64,000 nt of DNA from Nitrospirota bacterium. GTDB lineage: Bacteria > Nitrospirota > Thermodesulfovibrionia > Thermodesulfovibrionales > Dissulfurispiraceae. The position numbers and the translations under genes are program-made. The DNA lies in contig CAVPZX010000006.1 in the NCBI GenBank assembly GCA_963710375.1, positions 64,001-128,000 of the forward strand, given 5' to 3'. A model generated the notes under the pieces. It saw nothing but the letters and a program-made list of their open reading frames with translations, made no database searches and had not been told where the DNA came from. Below, in pieces: positions 20,345 through 30,089 of this stretch. How positions within the stretch are numbered: the stretch's first letter is position 1; each line of letters starts with the position of its first letter.

Positions 20345-22214
20345 AGATATCCGCTGTTTTGTCCCTGCTGCTGGTTTTGGCGAACGGATGAGGCCGATCA
20401 GCGACTATCTCCCAAAGCCGCTTCTTCCGGTACTCGGCAAACCGGTGCTTGGACATGTGCTCGAAAAACTCACCCGCCTAGGCGGGCTGATGGTGCAACA
20501 CATCGGCATCAATTTGCACCACAAAAAAGAACCGATCAAAGAATGGTTAGAAAGATCATCCTATAAAAGCAAGGTGTTTTTTTTCACCGAGGACCAGATA
20601 CTGGATACAGGTGGTGCGTTGAAGAACGCTGAATCGTTTCTGTCTGAGAGCAGCGTCTTTCTCGTTCACAATGCCGATATTCTCGCGGACTTTGACTTAA
20701 CAAAGCTGCTGGAGCACCACTATGCTTCAGGGAATATATTGACGCTTGCCGTCCACGATTGCCCCTGTTTTAATAGTGTTGCGGTGGACGGCAACGGCAA
20801 CCTGAAAGGAGTAGTTGGGAAGGCATATCTGCCAGATCCTGCGAAAGAACGTTTGGTAGCCTACACCGGCATTGCCGTATATGACAGGGCCTTCCTCAAG
20901 TTTCTCCCTGAAGGGAAATCGAGTGTTGTCAACGCCTGGATGAACGCCGCAGCGTCCGGATGCAGGACAGGCACAATGGATGTCACCGGGTCATACTGGA
21001 CCGATGTAGGGACGCCGGCTGCTTACGCTTCCGCTGTTATTAGTGCATTAAGGGCTGATGGCGAGAACCTCTATTTTGATACTGGAGCTGCTGGCTGTGC
21101 CGGTGCTCTCTTTAACGGTTATAACGCCGTCGAAAAGGGATGCAATATCAAACGGGGAGTTTCGCTGCGGAATTGTATTGTGCTGCCATGGAGCATGCCC
21201 GATCAGGGCGCTTACGAGAACTCTATCATAGGTCCGGATTTTGTTCTCCCCTTTGTCGAAAACAGGACAGAGGCGTCATCAGGTGATGGCGGAACGCTTA
21301 TAGGCATTGGCGGTTCCGACAGGAAATATTTGAGAGTCCAAAGAGAAGGGAAAACTGCAGTACTTATGCAGTGTGCCGAGGGTGATCCGGATTTCACGCG
21401 GCATATCGAATATACCCGCTTTTTTCGAAAATTCGAGCTCCCGGTGCCCGGGCTTATCAGCGTGAAGCCTGAAAGTGGTATTGCCATTTTCGAAGACCTA
21501 GGAGATATGTCTCTCTATAGCTGGTTTAAGTGTCCAAGAGACAGCAGCCAGGTGGAGCAGATATACAGAAGGACGCTTGATACCCTGGTAATGCTTCATG
21601 GCACGATAACAGATCACGTTGCCGAATGCCCTCTCCTTGCAAACAGGGTTTTTGATTATGACCACCTGCGCTGGGAGACGGCATATTTTATTGAGAGATT
21701 TATAGAGGGTGTGCGGGGGATGACAATATATAATTCTCAGCTACTGGAGGATGACTTCAATCGCCTGGCTTTGAAAGTTGATGCATTTCCGAAGACAGTT
21801 ATTCACCGTGACTTTCAGTCACAGAACATTATGGTCGTGCCGCCGGAAACTCCGAGGCTTATAGACTATCAGGGCGCACGGATGGCCCCCCCTGCTTATG
21901 ATGTGGTCTCTCTCTTATGGGACCCGTACTTTCGCCTGGATGACGCAATGCGGACCCGCCTTGTAGAATATTATATGGACCGCATGCATGCCGTAGACAC
22001 AGGCTTCGATGCTGAAAAGTTCAGGGCAACGCTGCTGCCCTGCCGTTTGCAGCGACACATGCAGGCCTTGGGCGCGTTCGGCTTCCTTTCTTCGGTAAAG
22101 GGCAAAAAATATTTTCTGAAGCATGTCCCCGAAGCATTGAGAATGCTGAAGGAAGAGACGGCCCTTGCCAGGGATGAGTACCCGGCGATGTATGAATTGG
22201 TGGCTGGACTCTGA
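20337..22214 (+). CDS. Fused MurU-like nucleotidyltransferase + AmgK-like anomeric sugar kinase (APH fold)
   Basis: N-terminal AAGFGERMRP..PKPL, DTGG, HNAD, WTDVGT; C-terminal GSDRKY.R, EDLGD, HRDFQSQN, IDYQGAR, YDVVSLL.D, QRHMQALGAF. Confidence 0.82.
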   Translation: MFKDIRCFVPAAGFGERMRPISDYLPKPLLPVLGKPVLGHVLEKLTRLGGLMVQHIGINLHHKKEPIKEWLERSSYKSKVFFFTEDQILDTGGALKNAESFLSESSVFLVHNADILADFDLTKLLEHHYASGNILTLAVHDCPCFNSVAVDGNGNLKGVVGKAYLPDPAKERLVAYTGIAVYDRAFLKFLPEGKSSVVNAWMNAAASGCRTGTMDVTGSYWTDVGTPAAYASAVISALRADGENLYFDTGAAGCAGALFNGYNAVEKGCNIKRGVSLRNCIVLPWSMPDQGAYENSIIGPDFVLPFVENRTEASSGDGGTLIGIGGSDRKYLRVQREGKTAVLMQCAEGDPDFTRHIEYTRFFRKFELPVPGLISVKPESGIAIFEDLGDMSLYSWFKCPRDSSQVEQIYRRTLDTLVMLHGTITDHVAECPLLANRVFDYDHLRWETAYFIERFIEGVRGMTIYNSQLLEDDFNRLALKVDAFPKTVIHRDFQSQNIMVVPPETPRLIDYQGARMAPPAYDVVSLLWDPYFRLDDAMRTRLVEYYMDRMHAVDTGFDAEKFRATLLPCRLQRHMQALGAFGFLSSVKGKKYFLKHVPEALRMLKEETALARDEYPAMYELVAGL

Positions 22215-22314
22215 GGGCACTTGTTTCCGCCCTGTCCTTGCCTATCTGAAACCTCCTCTCTAAGTTGCAAAATACTACAGAAAATACTAATATCAAAGGC
22301 AAATAAGGGGGGAA

Positions 22315-25152
22315 ATGGGAAAAACTCCTGAAGACGAAGCTCGCGAAGTAATCGACAATCTCCTTCAAAAGGCGGGCTGGCATATTTGTGATTATAAAAA
22401 TGCCAATATTCACGCCGGAATCGGCGTGGTCATCAGAAACTTTCCCCTAAAGCCCGGCCACGGAACAGCCGACTATCTCTTCTATATCGAAGACAAGGCA
22501 GCCGGTATTATAGAGGCGAAAAAGGAAGGGACAACCCTCACAGGCGTCGAGATCCAATCCGACAAATACAAGCAAGGCCTTCCCGATATTCTTCCCGCCT
22601 GGCATCGGCCTTTGCCTTTCTGTTATGAATCAACAGGCGTCGAAACCAGGTTTACAAATTACCTTGATCCGGATGCTTGTTCCCGCCGCATATTTTCTTT
22701 CCATCGGCCCGAGACCCTTGCAGCGTGGCTTAAGGATGAAAGACACGTTGCGTTAGACCGTGCAGCCGAGACGCTGGCAGTATACAATAAGCCCTCGACC
22801 TTGCGCTCACGACTTCGCGAGATGCCGCTGTTAAGAGAAGAAGGTCTCTGGCCGGCGCAGATCAAGGCGATCAGAAATCTCGAAAAATCTCTTGCTGATA
22901 ACCGACCACGCGCCCTCATCCAGATGGCTACCGGAAGCGGCAAGACCTTTACCGCTGTCAATTTCATTTACCGGCTCATCCGGTTCGGAGGAGCCCAGAG
23001 AGTGCTCTTCCTTGTTGACAGGGCAAACCTGGGCCGCCAGACCAAGAAAGAATTCGATCAGTTTCAATCGCCCTACAGTCCATACAAATTTACTGAGGAA
23101 TACATAGTCCAGCAGCTTAAGTCGAATAAGATCGACACCACCGCCAGGGTATGCATTTCAACAATCCAGCGACTTTACTCCATTCTTAAGGGAGAAGAAT
23201 TGGACGAGGAACTTGATGAACATTCTGCCGCAGGGCTTGAGGACCTATTCAAAGAGCCGCAGCCTGTGGAGTATAACCCTGCTGTTCCTCCCGAGACCTT
23301 CGACATCATCGTGACCGACGAATGTCATCGTTCCATCTACAACCTCTGGCGTCAGGTGCTCGAATATTTCGATTCCTTCATCATCGGCCTTACCGCAACA
23401 CCGAACAAACAGACCTTCGGGTTTTTTAACCAGAACCTAGTAATGGAATACCCTCACGAGCAGGCGGTGGCGGATGGCGTGAATGTCAATTACGACGTTT
23501 ACCGGATCAGGACAAATATCACCCAGAAAGGCTCGACAGTTGAGGCAGGCTATTTTGTGGATAAGCGTGACCGCGAGACCAGAGCTGTCCGATGGGAGAA
23601 GCTCGATGACGATCTCGAATATACCCCTGGCCAGCTCGACAGGGACGTAGTGGCGGAGGACCAGATCCGCACCATTATCCGGACCTTCAGGGACAAGCTC
23701 TTCACCGAGATATTCCCCGGCCGTACAGATGTGCCGAAGACACTTATCTATGCAAAGGACGACTCCCATGCCGAGGATATTGTGAAGATTGTCAGGGAAG
23801 AATTCGGCAAGGGGAATGAGTTTTGCCAAAAGATCACCTATAAGACCACCGGTGTAAGCCCTGATGAGCTGATCGCTTCTTTCAGGAACAGCTATTTCCC
23901 GAGGATCGCGGTTACGGTCAACATGATTGCCACCGGAACAGACATCAAACCCCTCGAAATCGTTCTCTTTCTGCGAACAGTCAAGTCACTCACTTACTTC
24001 GAGCAGATGAAAGGTCGTGGCGTGCGAATCATCAGTGACGACGATCTTATCGCGGTCACCCCAGATGCAAAGGGAAAGACTAAATTTATTATCGTCGATG
24101 CTGTTGGTGTCTGTGAGCAGGACAAGACCGACTCCCGTCCCATGGAAAAGCAGCGCACTGTTCCTCTTGAAAAGCTCCTTCAGGCAGTTGCCCTCGGTAA
24201 TACTGATCCTGAAGTTATCTCATCCATTGCAGTGCGTTTTTCGAGGCTCGAAAAAAAGCTCACTCCCGAAGATAAGGCGGCAGTCCAGAAACTCGCTGAT
24301 GGAAAGAGCCTTAAGGCTCTGACCGGCGTTCTTGTGCAGTCTATCGATCCTGACCGCCATGTTGAAAGAGCAAGGAAAGATAATACGGAAGTTATTGAGC
24401 CAACGGCTCAGCAGATCAAGCAGGCGTCCGAAAAGATCATTAAAGAGGCGGCATCGCCTTTCCACAATCCCGAGCTGCGAAATAAGATTCTCGAACTCCA
24501 CAGACTCACCGAGCAAACGATTGATACGGTGAGCAAGGATGAAGTAACCGAGGCCGGATTCAGCGCCGATGCGCTGGAGAAGGCGAAGGGGATGGTGACT
24601 TCATTCGAGCAGTTTATAAAAGACCACAAGGACGAAATAACCGCCTTGCAGATTCTTTACAGTTTACCTGCTCGTTCCATGAGCACGCGCGCAGGCAGGC
24701 GCCTCCAGTTCGAGCAGATCAAAGAGCTGGCGAATATTATCGAGCGGCCGCCCTATCTATGGGGGATCGACAGGCTCTGGGATGCATATGCCGCGCTTGA
24801 GAGGTCAAAGGTCAGGGGCGCGGGCAGCCATCGGATATTGACCGACCTTGTCTCCCTTATCCGCTTTGCCCTCCATCAGGACAATGAACTGGAACCCTAT
24901 GCAGAGCACGTGCAGGAGCGTTTTAATTCGTGGCTTGTAAGCCAGGAAAAGGCAGGGAAGAAGTTCAGCGACGAGCAGATATTCTGACTTGAGAAGATCA
25001 AGGAACATATTATGGGAAGTCTGAGCATGGGCAGAGAAGATTTCGACTATACGCCGTTCAAGGAAAAAGGAGGCATCGGAAAGGCTTATCAGCTTTTCGG
25101 GGAAGAGCTGTGGGGGATGCTTGATGAAATGAATGAGGTGCTGGCGGCGTGA
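22315..25152 (+). pseudogene. hsdR: Type I restriction endonuclease subunit R (EcoEI-like) with in-frame TGA at 24985-24987; frame continues to 25152
   Basis: ADY..IEAK nuclease motif, MATGSGKT, DECHR, QMKGRG. After the TGA the same frame reads LEKIKEHIMGSLSMGREDFDYTPFKEKGGIGKAYQLFGEELWGMLDEMNEVLAA*, overlapping the hsdS GTG. Confidence 0.85.
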
Positions 25153-26645
25153 GGAAAGGTCTTAAAAGAAAACTCTCTGATAATGCGACGTTACCAAAAG
25201 GATGGGAATGGTCTACGCTTGGTGAAATCTCAGATAAACCGCAATATGGATGGACCACGAAGGCCAATCATGAAACAGGTAATCTTAAACTTCTCAGAAC
25301 AACGGACATCACTTCGGGTGCCATTGATTGGTCCACTGTCCCATATTGCACAGAAAAGCCTGACGATATCGAAAAATATTTGGTCAAATCTGGCGATATT
25401 TTAATTTCGCGGGCAGGTTCTGTCGGCGTAAGTTTTCTGATAAATCGACCCGAACGCGCCGTATTCGCCTCGTATCTTATCCGTTTCAGAATAAAGGAGC
25501 CGATCGAAGCAAAATACGTCAACTATTACTTAAAAAGTCCAGCCTATTGGGACGTTATTGGCCAAAGCAAACTGGGGATAGCTGTTCCAAATGTTAACGC
25601 AACAAAGCTCTCACAGGTGCCGATTCCATTAGCTCCACTTAACACCCAACAGCAGATCACGGAGGAGATCGAAAAACAATTTTCCCGGCTGGACGAAGCG
25701 GTTGCGGGGCTCAAGCGCATCAAGGCAAACATCAAACGTTACAAAGCGGCTGTCCTTACGGCAGCTGTTGAAGGGAAGATGACGGAAGAATGGCGAAAAC
25801 AAAATCCAAATATTGAACCCGCAGATAAGCTCCTCAAACGCATTCTCGCCGAACGAAAAAAGAAATGGGAAGCAGAGCATCCCGGAAAGAAATTCAAAGA
25901 GCCCACATCACCTGACCTCTCAAATCTGACAGAGTTGGCGGAGGGGTGGGCGTGGGTTACGTTTTCGCAGATAGCGCTGTTTCAAAACGGCCGGTCTTTC
26001 CCTAGTAAGGCGTACTCTTCTGGCGGAGTAAAGTTACTCCGGCCCGGCAATCTATATTCGGATAGCTCAGTGAGGTGGAGAGACTACAATACAAGAAGAC
26101 TGCCAGAAGCATGGGCAGACAAGTATCCAGATTATCTTGTGGGCGGCGGCGAGCTTATCATGAATCTCACCGCACAGTCACTAAGAGATGAATTTCTAGG
26201 ACGTACATGCATCACTGGCGAAGTAGAACGTTGCCTCCTTAATCAGCGGTTAGCGAGGATCTCCCCATTGCTTGGTGTGCTTCCGCGCTTTCTGCTATGG
26301 GTCTTAAAGGCGAAGCGCTTCAGGGACTTTGTCGATACGCTTAATACAGGCAGCCTTATTCAACATATGTTTACCTCTGATCTTGATCAATTCAATTTTC
26401 CGCTTCCACCCCAAGCCGAGCAAGAATCCATTATTAAAGAACTTGAAAGCCGCTTTTCTGTCGCCGAAGAAATCGAAACTGTTCTGGACACGAATCTCAA
26501 GCGCGCTGAACGCCTGCGGCAGTCGATTTTGAAAATGGCTTTTTCCGGTCATTTGATTCCAAAGAGAGCGGATCATTATGCTGCGGATTTGGCCGAGTTG
26601 CCGATGGCGGCAGAATCGACAATCCCCTACGGTTCCAGCAAGTGA
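25149..26645 (+). CDS. hsdS: Type I restriction-modification specificity subunit
   Basis: Two TRDs each starting LP/LA.GW.W; conserved P.P...Q helical spacers; LRQSILKMAFSG. Confidence 0.92.
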   Translation: MRKGLKRKLSDNATLPKGWEWSTLGEISDKPQYGWTTKANHETGNLKLLRTTDITSGAIDWSTVPYCTEKPDDIEKYLVKSGDILISRAGSVGVSFLINRPERAVFASYLIRFRIKEPIEAKYVNYYLKSPAYWDVIGQSKLGIAVPNVNATKLSQVPIPLAPLNTQQQITEEIEKQFSRLDEAVAGLKRIKANIKRYKAAVLTAAVEGKMTEEWRKQNPNIEPADKLLKRILAERKKKWEAEHPGKKFKEPTSPDLSNLTELAEGWAWVTFSQIALFQNGRSFPSKAYSSGGVKLLRPGNLYSDSSVRWRDYNTRRLPEAWADKYPDYLVGGGELIMNLTAQSLRDEFLGRTCITGEVERCLLNQRLARISPLLGVLPRFLLWVLKAKRFRDFVDTLNTGSLIQHMFTSDLDQFNFPLPPQAEQESIIKELESRFSVAEEIETVLDTNLKRAERLRQSILKMAFSGHLIPKRADHYAADLAELPMAAESTIPYGSSK

Positions 26646-27295
26646 AAAAATCCCCTCGCTACGCCACCTCTCATCTCTCCGAATCCCAATTCGAGCCAGG
26701 CTCTAACGATCAGGTGCTCAAGAACAAATTAGGTATTACAAGTCCTGACGAAATTGACAGGCGTGAGAAAGAAGAGCAGTTGCGGGCAATGGATGACCTG
26801 ACTGAGCTTTTCGACAGAGACCACCGGTTCAATGCTGAAGACATTTGTTCAATGCATAAAATCTGGCTTGGAAACGTCTACGAATGGGCAGGGAAATATC
26901 GACAGGTAAAGATGAGCAAGGGCGATTTTACTTTTGCCTTTCCTGAACAGATTCCCAAATTAATGACCGAGGTCGAAAGGGGACCGCTCTACGTGTTCAC
27001 GCCATGTCACGTTAAAACACATGATGAGATCGCTAATGCATTGGCTGTTGTCCACACGGAATTGGTGCTAATTCATCCCTTCCGAGAGGGAAACGGCAGA
27101 GTCGCAAGAATGCTGGCTATATTGATGGGACTTCAGGCTGGATTGCCGCCGCTCGATTTTCAAGAAATGATCACAAAGGATAAAGAAGAATATATACAGG
27201 CAATTCATATTAGTGTTAGCGGAAACTATGCGCCAATGAAAAAGGTTTTTACAGCTGTTATTCGTAAGACGCTGCGGGTTCGTGAACAGCGATGA
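26642..27295 (+). CDS. Fic domain protein (AMPylase)
   Basis: Canonical HPFREGNGRVAR motif; VLKNKLGI, YEWAGKYR. Confidence 0.93.
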   Translation: MKKSPRYATSHLSESQFEPGSNDQVLKNKLGITSPDEIDRREKEEQLRAMDDLTELFDRDHRFNAEDICSMHKIWLGNVYEWAGKYRQVKMSKGDFTFAFPEQIPKLMTEVERGPLYVFTPCHVKTHDEIANALAVVHTELVLIHPFREGNGRVARMLAILMGLQAGLPPLDFQEMITKDKEEYIQAIHISVSGNYAPMKKVFTAVIRKTLRVREQR

Positions 27296-27455
27296 CCTCT
27301 TTCAGCTTCTTTTCCGCTGACTTTGAAAGCTTGGGATACTTGGTAAGCACCCCTTCGACCGCAGTTGACGAGGAGACAGCTTGATAAATCAACTCCTTAC
27401 ACAGTTTAGGGTCTTTGAGGTACGGATTAGTCTGTTTAAGAGGCTTTTTCAACAT
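27258..27455 (-). CDS. Putative Fic antitoxin (65 aa) with (S/T)xxxE(G/N) inhibitory motif
   Basis: STAVEG motif in a predicted helix (ELIYQAVSSSTAVEG); adjacent to fic; upstream TGaTAAAAT extended -10. Confidence 0.65.
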   Translation of the reverse strand: MLKKPLKQTNPYLKDPKLCKELIYQAVSSSTAVEGVLTKYPKLSKSAEKKLKEVIAVHEPAASYE

Positions 27456-27497
27456 ACTTTATTTTATCATATCGTGTCTGTATTTAGGGAGATTTAG

Positions 27498-28988
27498 ATG
27501 ACAAACGGTTCAGCCACAATTGTTCAAAAACTCTGGAACTACTGTAACGTACTGCGTGACGACGGGATGAGCTATGGCGATTACGTCGAGCAACTCACCT
27601 ACCTCCTCTTCCTCAAGATGGCCGATGAGCGGTCGAAACCTCCCCACAACCAGCCCAGCGCTATGCCCAGGCAGTACGACTGGCAGAGTCTCCTCAGGAA
27701 AGACGGCGATGACCTTTTCGACCATTACCGCCATTTGCTCGAAAAGCTGGGGCAGGAAAAGGGACTCTTGGGCCTTATCTTTGGCAGGGCGCAGAACAAG
27801 TTCCAGGACCCGGCAAAGCTCCGGCGTCTTGTGGTCGATCTGATCGGCAAGGAAGACTGGTCTTCCATGAGCGCTGACGTGAAGGGCGACGCTTATGAGG
27901 GACTTCTCGAAAAGAACGCACAGGATACGAAGTCAGGCGCAGGCCAGTACTTTACGCCCCGCCCCCTGATCAGGGCGATTGTGGATTCTGTTGCGCCTAA
28001 ACCAAAGGAAAAGGTCTGCGATCCTGCCTGTGGCACCGGCGGATTTCTTCTTGCTGCCCATGACTACATTGCGAATCACTACAAGCTGAATAAGGAAGAG
28101 AAACGCTTCCTCGATGAAAAAGCGCTGAAGGGATGGGAGTTGGTGCATAACACTGCCCGTCTATGCGCCATGAACATGATGCTCCACGGCATCGGGCACT
28201 CAGACGATCTCCCTCTCATTGTTGCCGACTCTCTTGCCAGTGACCCCGGCGAAAGGTTCGAGGTCGTGCTGACCAATCCGCCTTTCGGAAAAAAAAGCAG
28301 CACAACCATCGTTGGAGCGGATGGAAAGCCGTACAAGGAAAAAGAGACAATAGAACGGGATGATTTCTGGGCAACGACATCGAACAAACAGTTAAACTTT
28401 CTCCAGCATGTAAAGACCCTGGTCAAACCCCACGGCCGTGCAGCCGTCGTTGTACCTGACAATGTGCTCTTTGAAGGCGGCGCAGGCGAGACAGTCAGGC
28501 GGAAGCTCCTTCATGAGTGCGACGTTCATACACTCCTGCGCCTCCCGACCGGCCTGTTCTACGCCCAGGGCGTGAAGGCGAACGTCCTTTTCTTCGACAA
28601 AAAGCCGGCCTCTGAAACGCCCTGGACAAAGAGGCTCTGGATTTACGACTTCAGGACGAACAAAGATTTTACTCTAAAAACAAATCCATTGAAGCGTGAA
28701 GACCTTGATGAGTTCGTCAAGTGCTATAACCCGGCAAACCGGCATGACCGGAAACCGACATGGTCAGAGAAGAACTCCGCCGGTCGCTGGCGTGCATTTA
28801 ATTATGAAGAACTGGTTAACCGTGACAAGGCGAGCCTCGACATCTTCTGGCTCAAGGATGAAAGCCTGGAAGACTCCGAAAACCTTCCAGACCCTGACAT
28901 CATCGCCCACGAAATCGTCGAGGACCTTGAAGCGGCGCTGGGTCAGTTTAAGCTTATTGCAGAGGATTTGGGGGCGGAGCCAGCTTGA
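27498..28988 (+). CDS. hsdM: Type I restriction-modification N6-adenine methyltransferase
   Basis: KLWNYCNVLRDDG, GQYFTPR, DPACGTGGF, NPPF. Confidence 0.95.
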   Translation: MTNGSATIVQKLWNYCNVLRDDGMSYGDYVEQLTYLLFLKMADERSKPPHNQPSAMPRQYDWQSLLRKDGDDLFDHYRHLLEKLGQEKGLLGLIFGRAQNKFQDPAKLRRLVVDLIGKEDWSSMSADVKGDAYEGLLEKNAQDTKSGAGQYFTPRPLIRAIVDSVAPKPKEKVCDPACGTGGFLLAAHDYIANHYKLNKEEKRFLDEKALKGWELVHNTARLCAMNMMLHGIGHSDDLPLIVADSLASDPGERFEVVLTNPPFGKKSSTTIVGADGKPYKEKETIERDDFWATTSNKQLNFLQHVKTLVKPHGRAAVVVPDNVLFEGGAGETVRRKLLHECDVHTLLRLPTGLFYAQGVKANVLFFDKKPASETPWTKRLWIYDFRTNKDFTLKTNPLKREDLDEFVKCYNPANRHDRKPTWSEKNSAGRWRAFNYEELVNRDKASLDIFWLKDESLEDSENLPDPDIIAHEIVEDLEAALGQFKLIAEDLGAEPA

Positions 28989-29050
28989 TCCAAAGATCAT
29001 GATATTATGTCAGAATGCACATAAAACCTTCATAGGAAGTGGCTCGGGCT

Positions 29051-29404
29051 ATGAGTGATCGTCTAAATGAGATAATCGAGAAACTCCTCGAGTTCCGCAG
29101 GGAAAGGGACTGGAAACAGTTTCATCGTCCGAAAGACCTGGCAATCTCCATTGTCCTGGAGGCTGCAGAATTATTGGAGGAATTTCAATGGAAAACCGAC
29201 GAGGAGATAAAGCGCTACCTGCAAGAGGACGGATTGTCCCGTGTCGGGGAGGAGCTTGCCGATATTGCTATCTACATTGCGCTTATGTCTAACGACCTCG
29301 GCATAGATCTGCTTGAGGAGATGCGGAAAAAGATCAGGAAGAACGAGGAGAAGTATCCGGTGGAGAAATCAAAAGGCTCGTCAAAAAAATACGATAAACT
29401 GTGA
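29051..29404 (+). CDS. MazG-like nucleotide pyrophosphohydrolase
   Basis: RDWKQFH.PKDL, EAAELLE, EELADI, KNEEKYP. Confidence 0.9.
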   Translation: MSDRLNEIIEKLLEFRRERDWKQFHRPKDLAISIVLEAAELLEEFQWKTDEEIKRYLQEDGLSRVGEELADIAIYIALMSNDLGIDLLEEMRKKIRKNEEKYPVEKSKGSSKKYDKL

Positions 29405-29411
29405 CCCAAAT

Positions 29412-29514
29412 GTGAATAGTGAATGGTGAATCGTGAACGGCTCAAGGCAAAATTCAAGACGAAAAATCTTTAGCTTTTAACTATTCGCCATTCACCTTTC
29501 ACCATTCACTATTT
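29412..29514. repeat. Inverted heptamer tandem array (GTGAATN)4 ... (NWTTCAC)n
   Basis: gtgaata gtgaatg gtgaatc gtgaacg at 29412-29439; tattcgc cattcac ctttcac cattcac at 29482-29509. Confidence 0.8.
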
Positions 29515-29547
29515 GGCGCCTGCCCCTGCCGCTCCCTTCCTTATATA

Positions 29548-29556
29548 TGTTATAAT
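29548..29556 (+). promoter_or_regulatory. Extended -10 (TGtTATAAT) 5 nt upstream of the def ATG; candidate leaderless promoter
   Basis: tgt TATAAT tttat ATG with no SD. Confidence 0.55.
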
Positions 29557-29561
29557 TTTAT

Positions 29562-30080
29562 ATGGCTGTATTGGAGATCAAGAAGTATCCTGATGAGGTT
29601 TTAAAGAGGAAAGCACTGCCTGTTGAGCGCGTAGATGATTCGTTGCAGAGACTGATTGATGATATGATCGAAACCATGTATGCGGCCCCGGGTGTTGGCC
29701 TTGCTGCTCCCCAGGTCGGGGTATCCAAAAGGCTTATTGTAATCGATGTAAGCACCAGAGAAGAGAAATCCCCCCTTATTGTGCTGGTCAACCCACAGAT
29801 TATTGAAGCAGACGGATTTGTTGAATTTGAGGAAGGTTGCCTGAGTGTGCCTGAATATATTACTCTTATCACAAGGGCCGAAAGGACAGTGGTAAAGGGT
29901 CTCGACAGGAAGGGCGCTCCCGTGGAAATAGAGGGAACCGGTCTCCTTGCCCGTGCGCTTCAACATGAAATCGACCACCTGGACGGCGTCTTGTTTATCG
30001 ATAGGATGAGTTCGATCAAGAGGGAATTTTTTAAAAAGCGGTACCGTAAAACCCTGAGAGAACTCCACGCAGGCACGTAA
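29562..30080 (+). CDS. def: Peptide deformylase
   Basis: GVGLAAPQVG, EGCLSVP, QHEIDHLDG. Confidence 0.97.
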   Translation: MAVLEIKKYPDEVLKRKALPVERVDDSLQRLIDDMIETMYAAPGVGLAAPQVGVSKRLIVIDVSTREEKSPLIVLVNPQIIEADGFVEFEEGCLSVPEYITLITRAERTVVKGLDRKGAPVEIEGTGLLARALQHEIDHLDGVLFIDRMSSIKREFFKKRYRKTLRELHAGT

Positions 30081-30089
30081 GGTCATCCT

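Noticed and set aside
24985..24987. UGA=Trp genetic code or Sec recoding in hsdR
   Set aside because: Many conserved genes here (dnaB, alr, lptB, rapZ) end correctly at TGA. The position is not a Cys-equivalent and no SECIS-like hairpin is evident.
22215..29530. att-like direct repeats bounding the R-M island (CGCCCTGTCCTTGCC vs CGCCTGCCCCTGCC)
   Set aside because: Too short and degenerate, and no integrase or tRNA is nearby.
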